Shown piece by piece: positions 11,959 through 23,700 of a stretch of DNA of 44,867 bases; the first letter of the stretch is position 1; each line of letters starts with the position of its first letter. The stretch is taken from positions 1 to 44,867 of the forward strand of contig JAAPAO010000267.1 in NCBI GenBank assembly GCA_013115145.1. The letters are read 5' to 3'. This stretch comes from Perkinsus chesapeaki ATCC PRA-425 (lineage: Eukaryota; Protista; Perkinsozoa). Both the position numbers and the translations under genes were made by a program. Below the pieces are notes generated by a model. It was given only the letters and a program-made list of their open reading frames with translations. It was not told the DNA's origin and ran no database searches.

Positions 11959-14506
11959 TTACATCTCCGGATTGACAAGCTCGGGAAACAAGCAAGCACA
12001 AAACTCGTCGAAAGATATCTTTCCCTCACCATCAGTGTCGATTGTTCTGACAGGGAGACGGTGCGATCTTCCTGTTGGCAGTAGTAGCTTACCGGAAAAG
12101 GCGAAGGATGTTGTGAGTCGGCATGCCCAGTCGGAAGTGTCGATTCAACATGTGCTCGAACTCCATAATATCAATCAGCCCAGAGTTGTCCTCATCCATC
12201 GCTTGGAATACCTGACCAGGCAAGGTGATCAAAGATGATCCCAGTTCGGCGCCTTAGGGAGCTTGAACGCTGGTGATTAACAAGTAATCTACGAACGACT
12301 TCACGCAACCGATTTCCAGACCTGCCCTAAGCTCGACTCGCGGTCGAGTGACATATGCCCTCGAATAGGAATGCTTTCAACGACTATCACTCAACCACAA
12401 CGAACAGTCCCTTACCTTGTATAGCTGTTCGCGAGTGATGCGCCTCCTCGACAGCCTTTGTTGAATCTTGTCAATAATAAGGAGTTTATCCCTAATAACA
12501 ACAGGACATCATCAACAAGCCCACCACTGTCTGAGCGTTCCCACCGGTCCATCCAAACATCCCAGAAAGTCGACCCTATAATGTTGAGGGGCAATGCCAT
12601 GTAAGAAGCTCCGACGATTATCAGTAGGGACGAAATCGCTCGACCTGATGACGGTAGAAGTATTTCACGGCGCGCAAGAAATCACTCTCACCCCAGTCCG
12701 TAGCCGGCGCTACATCTCCGTATCCAACGGTACCTGTGAAAGCTCCTGCACAGATGCCCTCAAGGATCTGCCTTACTGATGGTGACGACCGAGAACCACA
12801 TGGCGTGGGGCAAAGAGGCGAAAGCGGCATTGGTCGAGTTGGCAGCGTTGGGCAGACTAACATCCTCCACCCAGTATATGATAGAAGCGAACCATGTGAC
12901 GAGGAATATCAACATTAGCATTGGGACCTACACAGGCAGCAGCAGCAGCAACAGCAGTCACAGAGGAGCTTCGAGATATTTGCTATTTTATAGGTGGTAT
13001 ACAATTAGTAGGGCATACGAGTCTGGGAGGAGGGCTGTTCGTGAGCAGTGTGTTGGACAGTGACAATGAGGGTTTAGAAAGTAGCAAAAAGTGACACGGG
13101 ACTGTGCAGTTTAAAGGGCCACATACTTCTAACTCGCGTTTAAAGGGCACGGTTTAGGTTCACGACCCTACACGGCGGTTAGTGAACTATTCAAAAAGTG
13201 CTGCTTAAATCGCGATGGTTCGAGAATGGGCTCCCGGCGAACCCGAAGCAAATTTACTGATGTTCCTCCCGAGGCACATCAGCAACATTCCTGTTTCGTG
13301 GCAGTTACTTATCATTCTTCTATAAGGAGCATATTCCCTACACTCTCGAACCCCTCTTGCTCCTCCAAGCATATATTAGTATCCGAGGTTGAACCGAGCA
13401 TTACTGGGCTTACTCTAAGGGCATCCATACTGAGAGATAGACTAATGACAAGTAGCCTCCAGCCTGTACTGTTCCGAGTTATCTTCAACATCCTCATCGC
13501 CGGCACCTGAATCACACAGTCGGTGGTGAGATGCAGTGCCCTCTATGAACGGTCGCCCGGCGAGCTAAATCCCCTCACGGAATCCAAGAAAAGAAAAGGA
13601 AGACTAAACGAGCCGCTGGACTCGGTCTTACTAAATACAGTATGAGCTTGACAATCTCATGACCATTTCGATCCACGCCAATCCAGACAGGTACATAAGG
13701 GAGCACCACAATCATATCCAGCCAGTTGTATCTACATCAGTCATTGACGAGAGGACCAAGAGGGAAGCTTACGGTTCACAGAGAGCTCGGCCAAGATGAG
13801 GTGATGTGACCAGCCGCAACTGAAAGGAAACGACGACCGTGAATCAGATGGCTCCTAGGAGGGCTGATGCTACCACTATTTCCAATAGGAATAGCACATT
13901 GAAGACCGTCTCAGCGACTTCTAGGCCGTCACGAGTCGAGTAGCTTATCGTGTCGGGAACAGGTAGAGTGACCAACACCTACGTGGAGAGGCTTCCGCAT
14001 TCATTCCTCTCCGCAGTGGCCTCCATCTTACAGAGGTCATAACACTGATAATGATAAGTATATTATATAATCGGTAAAGGTTCAGGGTTATCCAGTGCAA
14101 TGAGGGCTCCTCGAGATGGGCATAGACGACATGCCGGGCACCTACGCTTCAAGCTTGCTCCTGGGAACTCTGAGATCGTACTCGATTTAATGGGGCTGCT
14201 CAGATCCTGTAGCCTCTCCAGCCTAGAAGAGGCTCTCTTGGTCACCAGTGTGCCATCGGGAGCTTTCTCTGAGTTAAACAGCTCCTACCGCGGCACCAAA
14301 TCCGTGCGTACCCGTTATCTGGTCGCTGAAACGGACCGACCTCCGACTGTGAGCCGACGCCCTGACCGCACTGGGCCTGGAGGAGTGGCGATGACTAACC
14401 CCTCGAGACTGTGATAAAATAGAAGACACTGTCTGTCTGTTGTTGTTGGGGTCCATACTAGATCATTAACATCGTTAAAAACAGAGACCTGCAATATCTC
14501 AGTCAT
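11959..14506 (-). CDS. 6TM K+ channel with C-terminal EF-hand pair, paralog B (3' end may extend further)
   Basis: S1 LEEPSLHWITLNLYRLYNILIIISVMTSV; S3 YNWLDMIVVLPY; VPAMRMLKITRN; filter WFSVVTIS|TVGYGD (12714-12731); S6 MALPLNIIGSTF; EF loops DEDNSGLIDIME and DTDGEGKISFDE. Confidence 0.9.
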
Positions 14507-14581
14507 CACAATCACCACCTCCCCCAATGCAACACAGAATGACATGGACACCAGCTAGGAACATGGCAAAGGCCATCACCG

Positions 14582-17500
14582 CTACACAGAGTCTTCGGTG
14601 TAATCCGCAAAAGCCTAAGGAGGAGCTGCTCCAACCCTTCCCGTTGGCGTCACTCACGTCCCCTCCTGAGATGCTCCTCGCTAGTCTGCTGTTCTCCTGC
14701 TGCTGCTGCCGCCTCGATGCCGCAGCGCTGCTCTTCTGTGCCGCCAAAAGACGGCCCACCACACCCGTCGCCAGGGCCGTACTATTCCACTGCTGCTGTT
14801 GGAGGGGAGTACCTGAGAAAACTGACACTAGCAATGCTCGGTGGGTTTTCCTTTACTCCACTGCCGACTTTTCAACTGAGGCTCCCCAATCCCCATTCGC
14901 CTTACCACTATATGGGCGTATAGGTGCCTCCTCCTCCTCTTCGCTCTTCCTCCTCGATCTCCTAGCTGTCCTTTCAACCTCACCAGACGGTTCCTTCACC
15001 ACGCATGTCGACATCATTACCGTTAAGACTGCTACCTTATTGTCATCTGTCAAACCATCCCTATACCCCCGAGCAAATGACACCCTTGGCCTCGGTCTCT
15101 CCGGGGATTTGCTCTCCCCACCTCCGGTCTAGCATTTTTCTCCGAAGCCCCAAGATCAGACTTTGTCAGGCTACCTTCCCTCGACCAAGATAAGTCTTCC
15201 GCGTTTGGGTGCCGAACTCTCCACAGCCGGAACCATCAGTCTGGCATTCGCAGTCCAATTTCGTGGCGCGCGGTAATTCCTATCCCAACCGTTCCGTGCC
15301 CTCCACACTATTTCCCTTACCATCTGTTTTTCCTCCATACGCCTCAGCACCTCCAGCATCTCCGTCAACTTCTCCTCTAAGGCGTTTGTTTCCCCCACGA
15401 CAGCTTCGCTCCGCTAAACAACATGAAAAAAACAGCACTCCTCACTGTAGCTCACTTGTGGTTCTCGTCCTCCTCCTGCCGACCGATAGCTGTCATCGTC
15501 TTCATCTGAAATCCCCATGCATCATCATTCTCAGAGCCCTCTTTACCCCTCACCAGAGTCGTCATCACCCTCGTACCGCCCCCATATCGTCTCCAGTATA
15601 TTCTGGCCCATCCTAGCTGCCAACGTAGACCTCTTGCTGGACTGTCTCGATCCTCTCCTATCCATCACCACTTACTCCATCCCATCCACCACGGCCTCAC
15701 CTCTGCCCTATTCCCCCCTCACTTCCCCCCTCTATACTACCTGCGTTAGAATTACCCTGTCATACCCCAGCTCACGGCCTACCTCTCCGTGTCTGAGGAC
15801 CCTTCATGGTGGCTCTGGAAAGTCTGCCAACAGACAGGCGGTCATCTCAACACTACCAAATTATCCTTCACCTACCGTGGCATGCCATGAGCGGCCAGGT
15901 CGGGAAAGAGGCAGCTGCAGAACTCCTCAAAGCTGACCTTACCGGAGCTGTCCGGGTCCATGTGTCTGATAGCGCCCTGTTCCGTAAATAACACCTGTCA
16001 TGCTCAGCTACTTAAACAACTTCTTCACGTTCCTCTTAGGCATCGCCAGTCTGAACTCGTCATTCAACATGTGCTCCAGCTCCCCTATATCGATCCCACC
16101 AGACCCGTCCGCATCGATCTGGGTGAAAACCTGAGATAGCAATGATACCCGACACATAATAGATATAATATATAGTCATTTATCCAAAAGATAATGACAC
16201 CAGAGACTTCACCTTACATTGTACACTTGGTCCCTCGTGATTTGCCTATTAGACAACCTCTGATGAATCTTGTCGACTATAAGTATCCTGTCCCTACACA
16301 CAAAAAGATTCCCTTCTTCTCTCCACTTTCAGACCCACCTATCCGTCCAGACATCCCAGAAGGTGGAGCCGATGATGCTGAGTGGCATCGCCATGTAGGA
16401 GACTCCAATGATTATTAACGTAGCCGTCATCATACTCCCTAAAGCCAAATCTTTCAAGCAGCAGCAGCAGCACAAGATAAGCTCCTCCCTACCGGCTGGT
16501 GTGGCCAGTTCTATATCTCCGTACCCGACAGTGCCTACCAACAAAAAGGATGTGACAGGGATGGAGGAGAAGGAGGAGGAGGTACTTATGGTGACAAGAG
16601 AGAACCACATCGCGTGGGGAAGGGAGTGAAAGGTCTTCACGCCAGTGTTGTTGAGATCTGTCTCTATCCAATATAGTATGGATGCAAACCATACAACCAG
16701 GAAGAACAGCATCAACATGGGCACCTGAACAAGATGACAAGGAGGAGGAGGAGGCTCCCGCTGTCAGCGACTTTTCCAGAGCCGCTGGTTCGCTACAACA
16801 GGGGAGAATAGGGATCTGTTAACGTTTGGAGCTGGCCTATAGTGCGCGCTTTACTGAGTCCTTTTTCATAATATATCCAGAAGAAGAGCAGAAGCCACAC
16901 TACGAAGCTTCTTCCAAAGCATCTTTATACGATGATAAAGATAACGGAGCTGCTGCTGTTGCTTCTGCAGCCGCCAGTGGCCCATCTCCTGGCTCGGCGT
17001 TGGCTCGGTAGAATATATAGTAGCAAAACGTACAATAAAAGAACACTAGCAATCAACGAACGGATACAACGAGTACAGTAAGACTCAGTGCTCTGAAGTA
17101 CACAGTCGGATCGTCTATTGATAGAATGCTCTGACGACATGCTCTACGTGACACATAAGCGCATAACTTACTCTGAGGGCATCCAAGCTCAAGGATAGGC
17201 TTGTTACTAATAAACGCCAGCCACTACTGTTACGAGTGATCTTCACCATTCTCATGGCTGGCACCTTACATAGACATCACTACCTACCCTTCAATGGAGG
17301 AGGAAGCCTACCACAAACAGGGCCAGACGAAGCCCTTTATAATCGTGCCGATCAACACCGCACCACAACGCCACGTAGGGTGCAACGATAAAGAGATCCA
17401 GCCAGTTGTACCTGGCGGTGCATTCGGGACAGACCAGATCCCACACGCTTACGGCTCCATTAGAGCTGGAATCAGGGAAGGAGCGGTAGAAAGGCGAAGC

Positions 17501-19557
17501 TGAAGCTCCAGGATGAATACAGTATGACCGGCAGCTTACTACCAGAAGCTCCGTGATAAAAGCCGCATTAAAAACGTTCTCGGCTACATGGAGCACGTCG
17601 TAGGCTCGAGGACTCAGTTGTTCCGGCACCGGCAAGGTGATCACAACCTGACCTAGGATACACCTATCCAAAGCTCCATGCTGCCCTACAGCAGTGATGA
17701 CACTGAAGAGTATTATAGTGCTGTATGCTATATGAACATAGTAACTGGTATTGGTCAGACTGGGCTCCTCTAGATGCATGAATAAAGCCTCCCGTCTACC
17801 TATCAACAACACCAATGCATCCACCTTAACCATGATAATCTTACTAGCAGGCCGGGGCCGAAATATTTTCCTATGCGGGGCATCATCGAGACCTGAGGCA
17901 CGGAGCTGTCATGCCGTTGAGATCGAGAAGCAGCCGCCAGACCTCCTGCCTCCAAGGAGAGGCACACCTTGGCCGAAGACTTAGGGACCCCCACAGACTC
18001 TAGTTCACGCTCATGCACGCTCACTTTAACAAAAATACTGACAAAGCCTCAGTCACGGCAACCTGGACCACCGCAGACCAGAGCGCTCTCTTATATTGTA
18101 CACATCACCCTGGGAAAGAGCAACGTAGAGCAGCATCAGCATCAGCAGTCTCCACAAATAATAGTTGTTCCTGTTGGTGGGAAGGGCAGCAGCCTTAGCG
18201 CCGCTCTGGTATACACCAGCAGTGGGCCAGTATTAACCAACACAATACAGATAGTGCCGATCACATAGGTTCGTCACCGTTTATCATGATAGGCCCGCCC
18301 AAGCGGTTGGTCTTTGATAAAGCATAGTCTCGAGGCTCACTCTGGATCTGATGTGTCGAAAGATACCTAACAACCAACCATCCAACCAGATCGCAAGTTG
18401 GGAGACTGCGGGCACCTACTTCAATTTGGAATCAATCTCGGTAATATGATCCAGAGTGTTGGCAAAATGCCACCTCTTCTTTCCGATGAACTCCGACACG
18501 CACTCATTACTCCGGTTGTCCGGGAAGCCTCGAAGCGTCGTCTCATGTCGCAGCAGCGTTCTAGTCTTCCCAGGATGAATCAAATGGCGCCAATTCTGCA
18601 GCACCGTGCCCTCGCATCCAGGATACCTGCTCCTCCGAGTTCCAGCCAGCTACTACAGTCGTCCCACCTCAAAGAATCGTAAGGAAGGTCTTCCCTGATG
18701 TGGCGAATAAGGAGGCCACCAACCCTTCTGTCAGGAACTCGATCGATGAGCGTAGTCTCCTGTGATGGCGAGTCGCTCGTCACTCTACCCTGAGGTGGCT
18801 TCACCTGCATTCTGCTCCTTGGGTCGTCTCGGGACATGTTCTCTTTGATGCGGTCAAAACTGGCAGCTGCTCGTTGATGATAGCGTTGCCATTTGGGGAA
18901 CTGATGGGAGTATCCACGCGACCTAAAAAAGAATCCTACCTCCTTAGATGGTGCATGCTTCGACCTAAGATTCACTTGCCAATGCACCTAACAGGAACCC
19001 CTCCAAGACCGTCGCAGCGAGCTATGCCCCGCAGATTTGAGAGAAGTGTGGTATTATTATTACCGAATCTTTCTCAATGAAGCTATTAGCCGAAACACTT
19101 CGGACCATTGATCCGCTATCGGCTATGTTGCCATACTTACAGTCGGCATACACACCATCCACATGGAGATCCTTCTCTGGCACTGATCGGAGGTCCCGAG
19201 TTCGATCCCGGCACCCTTCTCATTATCCTACCAGATCTAGCCCTCTTCCTCGACCCAACCAACCCAGGCGGTCCCTTAGGAGAGCTAAACTGCCCCAGCG
19301 GACGCCTAACTTCCCCATTACCGCGCGCCACAAAATTCCTAACCCACCTAGTCTGCCTGAGTGTAAGCTGCCAATCCATCAGAGGTCTATCCCCGTGCAT
19401 CTTGAGGCTGCTGCCATCAGTCGCATGTGCGCAATAATCGTTGGCGTTCCGTGAGGCGTATCTAAGGTTCACCCGCGTCCTCTCCACCGACGAAGCCTGC
19501 CTACTCCTTCCCTCGAAGCGTGTCCAGCTTCACCTCCATATGCGCCGATTGGGCCAT
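14582..19557 (-). CDS. 6TM K+ channel with C-terminal EF-hand pair, paralog A (5' exons tentative)
   Basis: S1 LEEPSLTNTSYYVHIAYSTIILFSV; S3 YNWLDLFIVAPY; filter WFSLVTIS|TVGYGD (16515-16532); EF loops DADGSGGIDIGE and DPDSSGKVSFEE; coiled coil LEEKLTEMLEVLRRMEE; inferred last exon AFADYTEDSV* after intron 14615-14657. Confidence 0.88.
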
Positions 19558-19744
19558 TATTTGCACCTTCTCCCTTTCCAAAATTAATTGACCAACACTA
19601 CAAGTAACGATACTGGAAATATCTCAAAGACAGCAGCAGCAGCTAGTCTTGCTTTAGACTTCCTTTCAATTCTCCAACGTCGATTACCCTGAAAAGATCA
19701 ACTCCCCTTTGCGCCGCCGCCGCCCAAACCTACAGTATTTGTGG

Positions 19745-20146
19745 TTAGTCCTCCAGCTCCTCTCCCGCTCCACTAGAGCTAGCTGCTCGGACATAGAGGA
19801 CGTTATTGCACCTATCAACACTGACCGCTGCGCCACGAAATTGCTCCTCGCTATTACCGAATCAACACATCTCCGAGTGCTCCCTTGAAGTTGCCCTCCT
19901 GAAAAGCAACAAGCCTTACCAAGCAAACCCATACCAGGCCTCCACTACCTGCCACTCCTCGCACTTATCCAGCCTCAAGTTCATGAACGTATCCACACTC
20001 ATAAGGCGGCCCTTGAGCTCCAATGTTCCCCACTTCAGACGGACCATAACCTGACACAGTCATTCTGTCCCCCCCAACCTGGACCCTACCTCCTGCCCGG
20101 TGAGCTCGTTCAGGAAGGGTTGAGGATTCACCGGCACGACCGACAT
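19745..20146 (-). CDS. SNRPF: Small nuclear ribonucleoprotein F, SmF (absent from ORF track)
   Basis: Four exons: MSVVPVNPQPFLNELTGQE|VMVRLKWGTLELKGRLMSVDTFMNLRLDKCEEWQ|EGNFKGALGDVLIR|CNNVLYVRAASSSGAGEELED*. Confidence 0.96.
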
Positions 20147-20432
20147 AATGAGAGCAACTCTGGCCAACTGTATTTCTGCATTTCCCCGCCGCCCCGCCCC
20201 CCCCAACGCTACACCTACTCCAAGCGGAACCAATGAAATGGCGGTGGATGGTTTGGAATTAGTTTATGGGGCATTCTCATCATCAGAGTGATGGCCGCAG
20301 ACATGTTGCCAATACAAAAATGCTAGCCCGCCATGAGGCCATTTCCAGCTGCATGAAATATCTCCCTAAGGATCCCATAGAGACCCAATGTGCATTATCA
20401 ATAGTATATGAGTGTCATTAAACAACCAGGCC

Positions 20433-21665
20433 TTAGCCTAGCTGGGCTTGGAGTGCCGCCAACTGATCGGCCTCCTCCTCCGTCAAACCATCTGAAGTGC
20501 AGCAGCAGCAGCCTTCCGAACATCCACTAGAGAGACCTACCACTCCTTCGAGAAGACTGAGCAGCACTTCGTTGTGGTTGAGCCTGTTTGGCCGGCACTG
20601 ATGGCTGAGCCAAGGGCTGCTGGGCGACAACCCCTCCCGTTGGGACTTGGGCAGCCTATCAATGGGTAAGAAAACCTCCAATAGTGCATGGTTCCTACAT
20701 CCACCATTCTGGCCTCCAATTCCTGTGCTTCAATCTCCTCAAGCTCATTCAGTAGCTCCTCGTCATCTGTTACAGTATTACCACCGGAAAGCACCTACAG
20801 CAAACGACGACCAAGCCCCAGCACCCGTCACGCGCCACAAAACTCCTTGGCTGCTGAGCTTCAAAGGCGCCCTATCGAGCACGGGCTTCTGCCCTCGCGA
20901 GCAGATCCACAGTGGCCCTATTAGAGCCCACAGTGGCCCTATTAGAGCCCACAGTGACCCTATTAGAGCCCACAGTGGCCCTATTAAAGCCCATAGTGGT
21001 CCTATTAAAGCCCAGAGAGTCTATTGACCAGCGGACTACATTAGCAACTTCATTTTGCATATCCTGCATCTCTTGCATATCATCCATGAGTGCATCAATC
21101 TACAACACATTAACCAAGATACTCATACCGAGCTCTAATACATTATCAATATTAAGCTGTTGATTCATAATCTTTTGAGCCGACACACCCGTCGCCAAGG
21201 CCGACACTGCCACCGCTGTGGTCTGGCTCGATTCCAACGACAGAATTTGCTGCTCCAAAGTCATACCTATTTTCCCTCAACACATGTCCAGATATACCAC
21301 AGCTACGTGAATTCATAAGAGTTGTCAGCTCCCCCTCGAGCATCTTCTTCCGCTTCAAAGCCATCAATGCCCCTCTCTTATCCTTAGCTGCAGCTCGAGC
21401 TCCTATACGAGGAGGAACTCAAGGCATTTAACAAGCCGATTGGGACGGTACGAGCATCCTGCTCTTGGAGGGCCATTTTCTTTTCAATCAGCTGCTCCCT
21501 CTTTTCAAGGGTAGCAATGGCCTCTTTGTTCTTCATAATCGCATCCGGAAGATTCTGAAAGATATTTTCCGAGGTCGAATAATGACAAGCCCACATTACC
21601 TTGGATGGTGGCTGCTGATTGGCCTGCTGATCCTTCTTCTTTGAACCACCGAAGAAGAGTCGCAT
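20433..21665 (-). CDS. VPS32: ESCRT-III subunit Vps32/Snf7 (CHMP4-like)
   Basis: MRLFFGGSKKK; AIATLEKREQLIEKK; ALMALKRKKMLEGEL; MDDMQEMQDMQNEVAN; DDEELLNELEEIE; acidic C-terminal helix EEEADQLAALQAQLG*. Confidence 0.93.
20908..21012. repeat. Intronic tandem repeat, 5 x 21 nt
   Basis: Unit cacagtggccctattagagcc with few substitutions, within the VPS32 intron between NEVAN and VLSGG. Confidence 0.93.
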
Positions 21666-22292
21666 TCTGGGAGCAAAACTCTTAACAAGCTACGCAGGTT
21701 CGATTCCCCCCAAGGAGACCGTAACAGTAGATTTCCCCTGCCACTGCACAATAATAAATTACATTGAAGCTGATCATTGATCAATATGATCATTGAAGCT
21801 TCGCGGACACTTCCGTTGTTATTGGGAATTGAACGCACCAATCCGACTTTTCAAAATGATTCTGAAGGCAGCTACCTTCCCAGGATAGGTTTTGATGCCG
21901 TCAAGTGAGCAACGATAGCGGCAATGATAATCGATCAAGTCAATACCATTCACGACTTCGAAAACCCCGAAACTAATAAGGCATCCCCGAAGTGCAATAA
22001 ATAAGAGCTATAGATATATTATAATAATTTTTAACCAAATCTAAGGTCACTATAACAGTGCTCGATTAACACATATCCAAGGTTTCCAGCCACTCGACCT
22101 TATATTTTTTTTAATGTGCTTAGCGTGCGCCCGACTGATCTATTATTAAGATTTACTGCGCAGCACCGGAGGCTCCTGACTATGGAAGCCGATGAGCTCA
22201 GTCAAGGAACATAGAGTCTTTTTAAGCCTTGAAAAACTTGTTTCTGTAAGCTTCGGCATACAGCTTGGTCTTGGACTGGTCCCGAAATGAGC

Positions 22293-22683
22293 TTATGTGA
22301 CGAGTCTGACGAAACCAGTTGGAGGCCAATTAGTGGGTATTGTACCGTACCGAATTGGTAATATAATAGCTCTAACCTTGCTCAGGTAGGAATATCTTGA
22401 GCCTCGAACGAAAGGCCTTTGGATTGAGCTGGGATCCGCCTTGACGTCTCTATCAGTGACTTTGCTGTGGTTTCTTAGAGACATAGATGGCGTTTGCAAG
22501 CTTTGCAGTTTTATGGGCTTCCTCCGCCGACAGATTGACAGGCTTCCACAGGCTCGAGCCGGCCCCATTGTATTTGGCTCTATGATAGTTGGTGCCCTGT
22601 TGACTATGGTAGCAGTTAATTATGAGAAGGATACTACTAGATTGGTAGTAGGGGAGTGGTAGAGGCTGAGGGCACAATGCCAT
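22293..22683 (-). CDS. Small hypothetical spliced gene
   Basis: ATG at 22683 and a GT-AG-bounded segment linking two short ORFs; no domain recognised. Confidence 0.25.
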
Positions 22684-23700
22684 GCGGTTGGAGTATTGAA
22701 TCCACTTGAAGACTTGTATTCCAAGTAAATTCGAAAATCTTTGGAAATTATTTTCGGGTCTTTAATCCTAAAATCCTGGAAATATTCATCTCGAGAAGTG
22801 TGTATGGCATTTTGATTGACCCGTGTAGCAGTTATCCGTGCTCAGTCTGAAATTAGTATTAGGAGAGTTTCACTCGATTACACAAACTTTGCAGGGTTGG
22901 AAAATCGGTGGACATGCTCCAACCGTTGACCGATCTGATGGCATAATGGCTTCCCGTGCGAAAATGATTCCTACCATCTCACTGTGAAGATTTGGCGAAT
23001 CTCACATTAGCTTACTTCTTTCGATACCCAAATTGCTATTGGTGTATCCGGCGTATCTTAGCTTTCAGCGTGCTTTCAACGGTGTCATTCGGGACATGGA
23101 GAGGATACGGTCTAAGATAGATAGAGGGGAGGTATAGCCTTAAAAGTGATGTGATAAAACGTTTCATGACCAATGACTTAGTGTTTAGTTCTTATTATAG
23201 TACATGGATATAGGATACAAGTTAAACTTCGTTTAAGGTAGAGTATCACGGTTTTGATTATATAACTTAGATAACATCACGATTGAGGCTAGGTCATGTC
23301 CTAGTCTGAAGTCCTAAGCCTAGGAGGGCCTGCTAAGATTATTCTCAGCGCTTGCTTACACTGTAAAAGACTAAGTACCGGAATAATATTTAGAGAGATG
23401 TAGATTGGTCGTAGTGATCACTCCGAGTCCCACTTTCACTGACATTCTGAGTGTAACGAATATGTGGAGATTACTAGGGGGTGTCGAGCATTCTATGGGC
23501 AAGGGCCTTCGGATCTGCTGCCTTGATAAGCGGGCGGGCGGCGGCGCTCGCTGACTTACATACCTTTCGAGACTGATCATCATCACTCGGGGCCATCCTT
23601 GTCCCCTACGTTAATATTCAGTGCTGCTGCATCCCCGTAGGAATCGGGGCGTATCCAACATAACTTTGAGCTGAGCTCTCTGTTCTCAGTAGTCTAATGT

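Noticed and set aside
14527-15936. Long plus-strand ORFs (201, 135 and 139 aa)
   Set aside because: Antisense to channel A's C-terminal exons; composition mirrors the sense strand.
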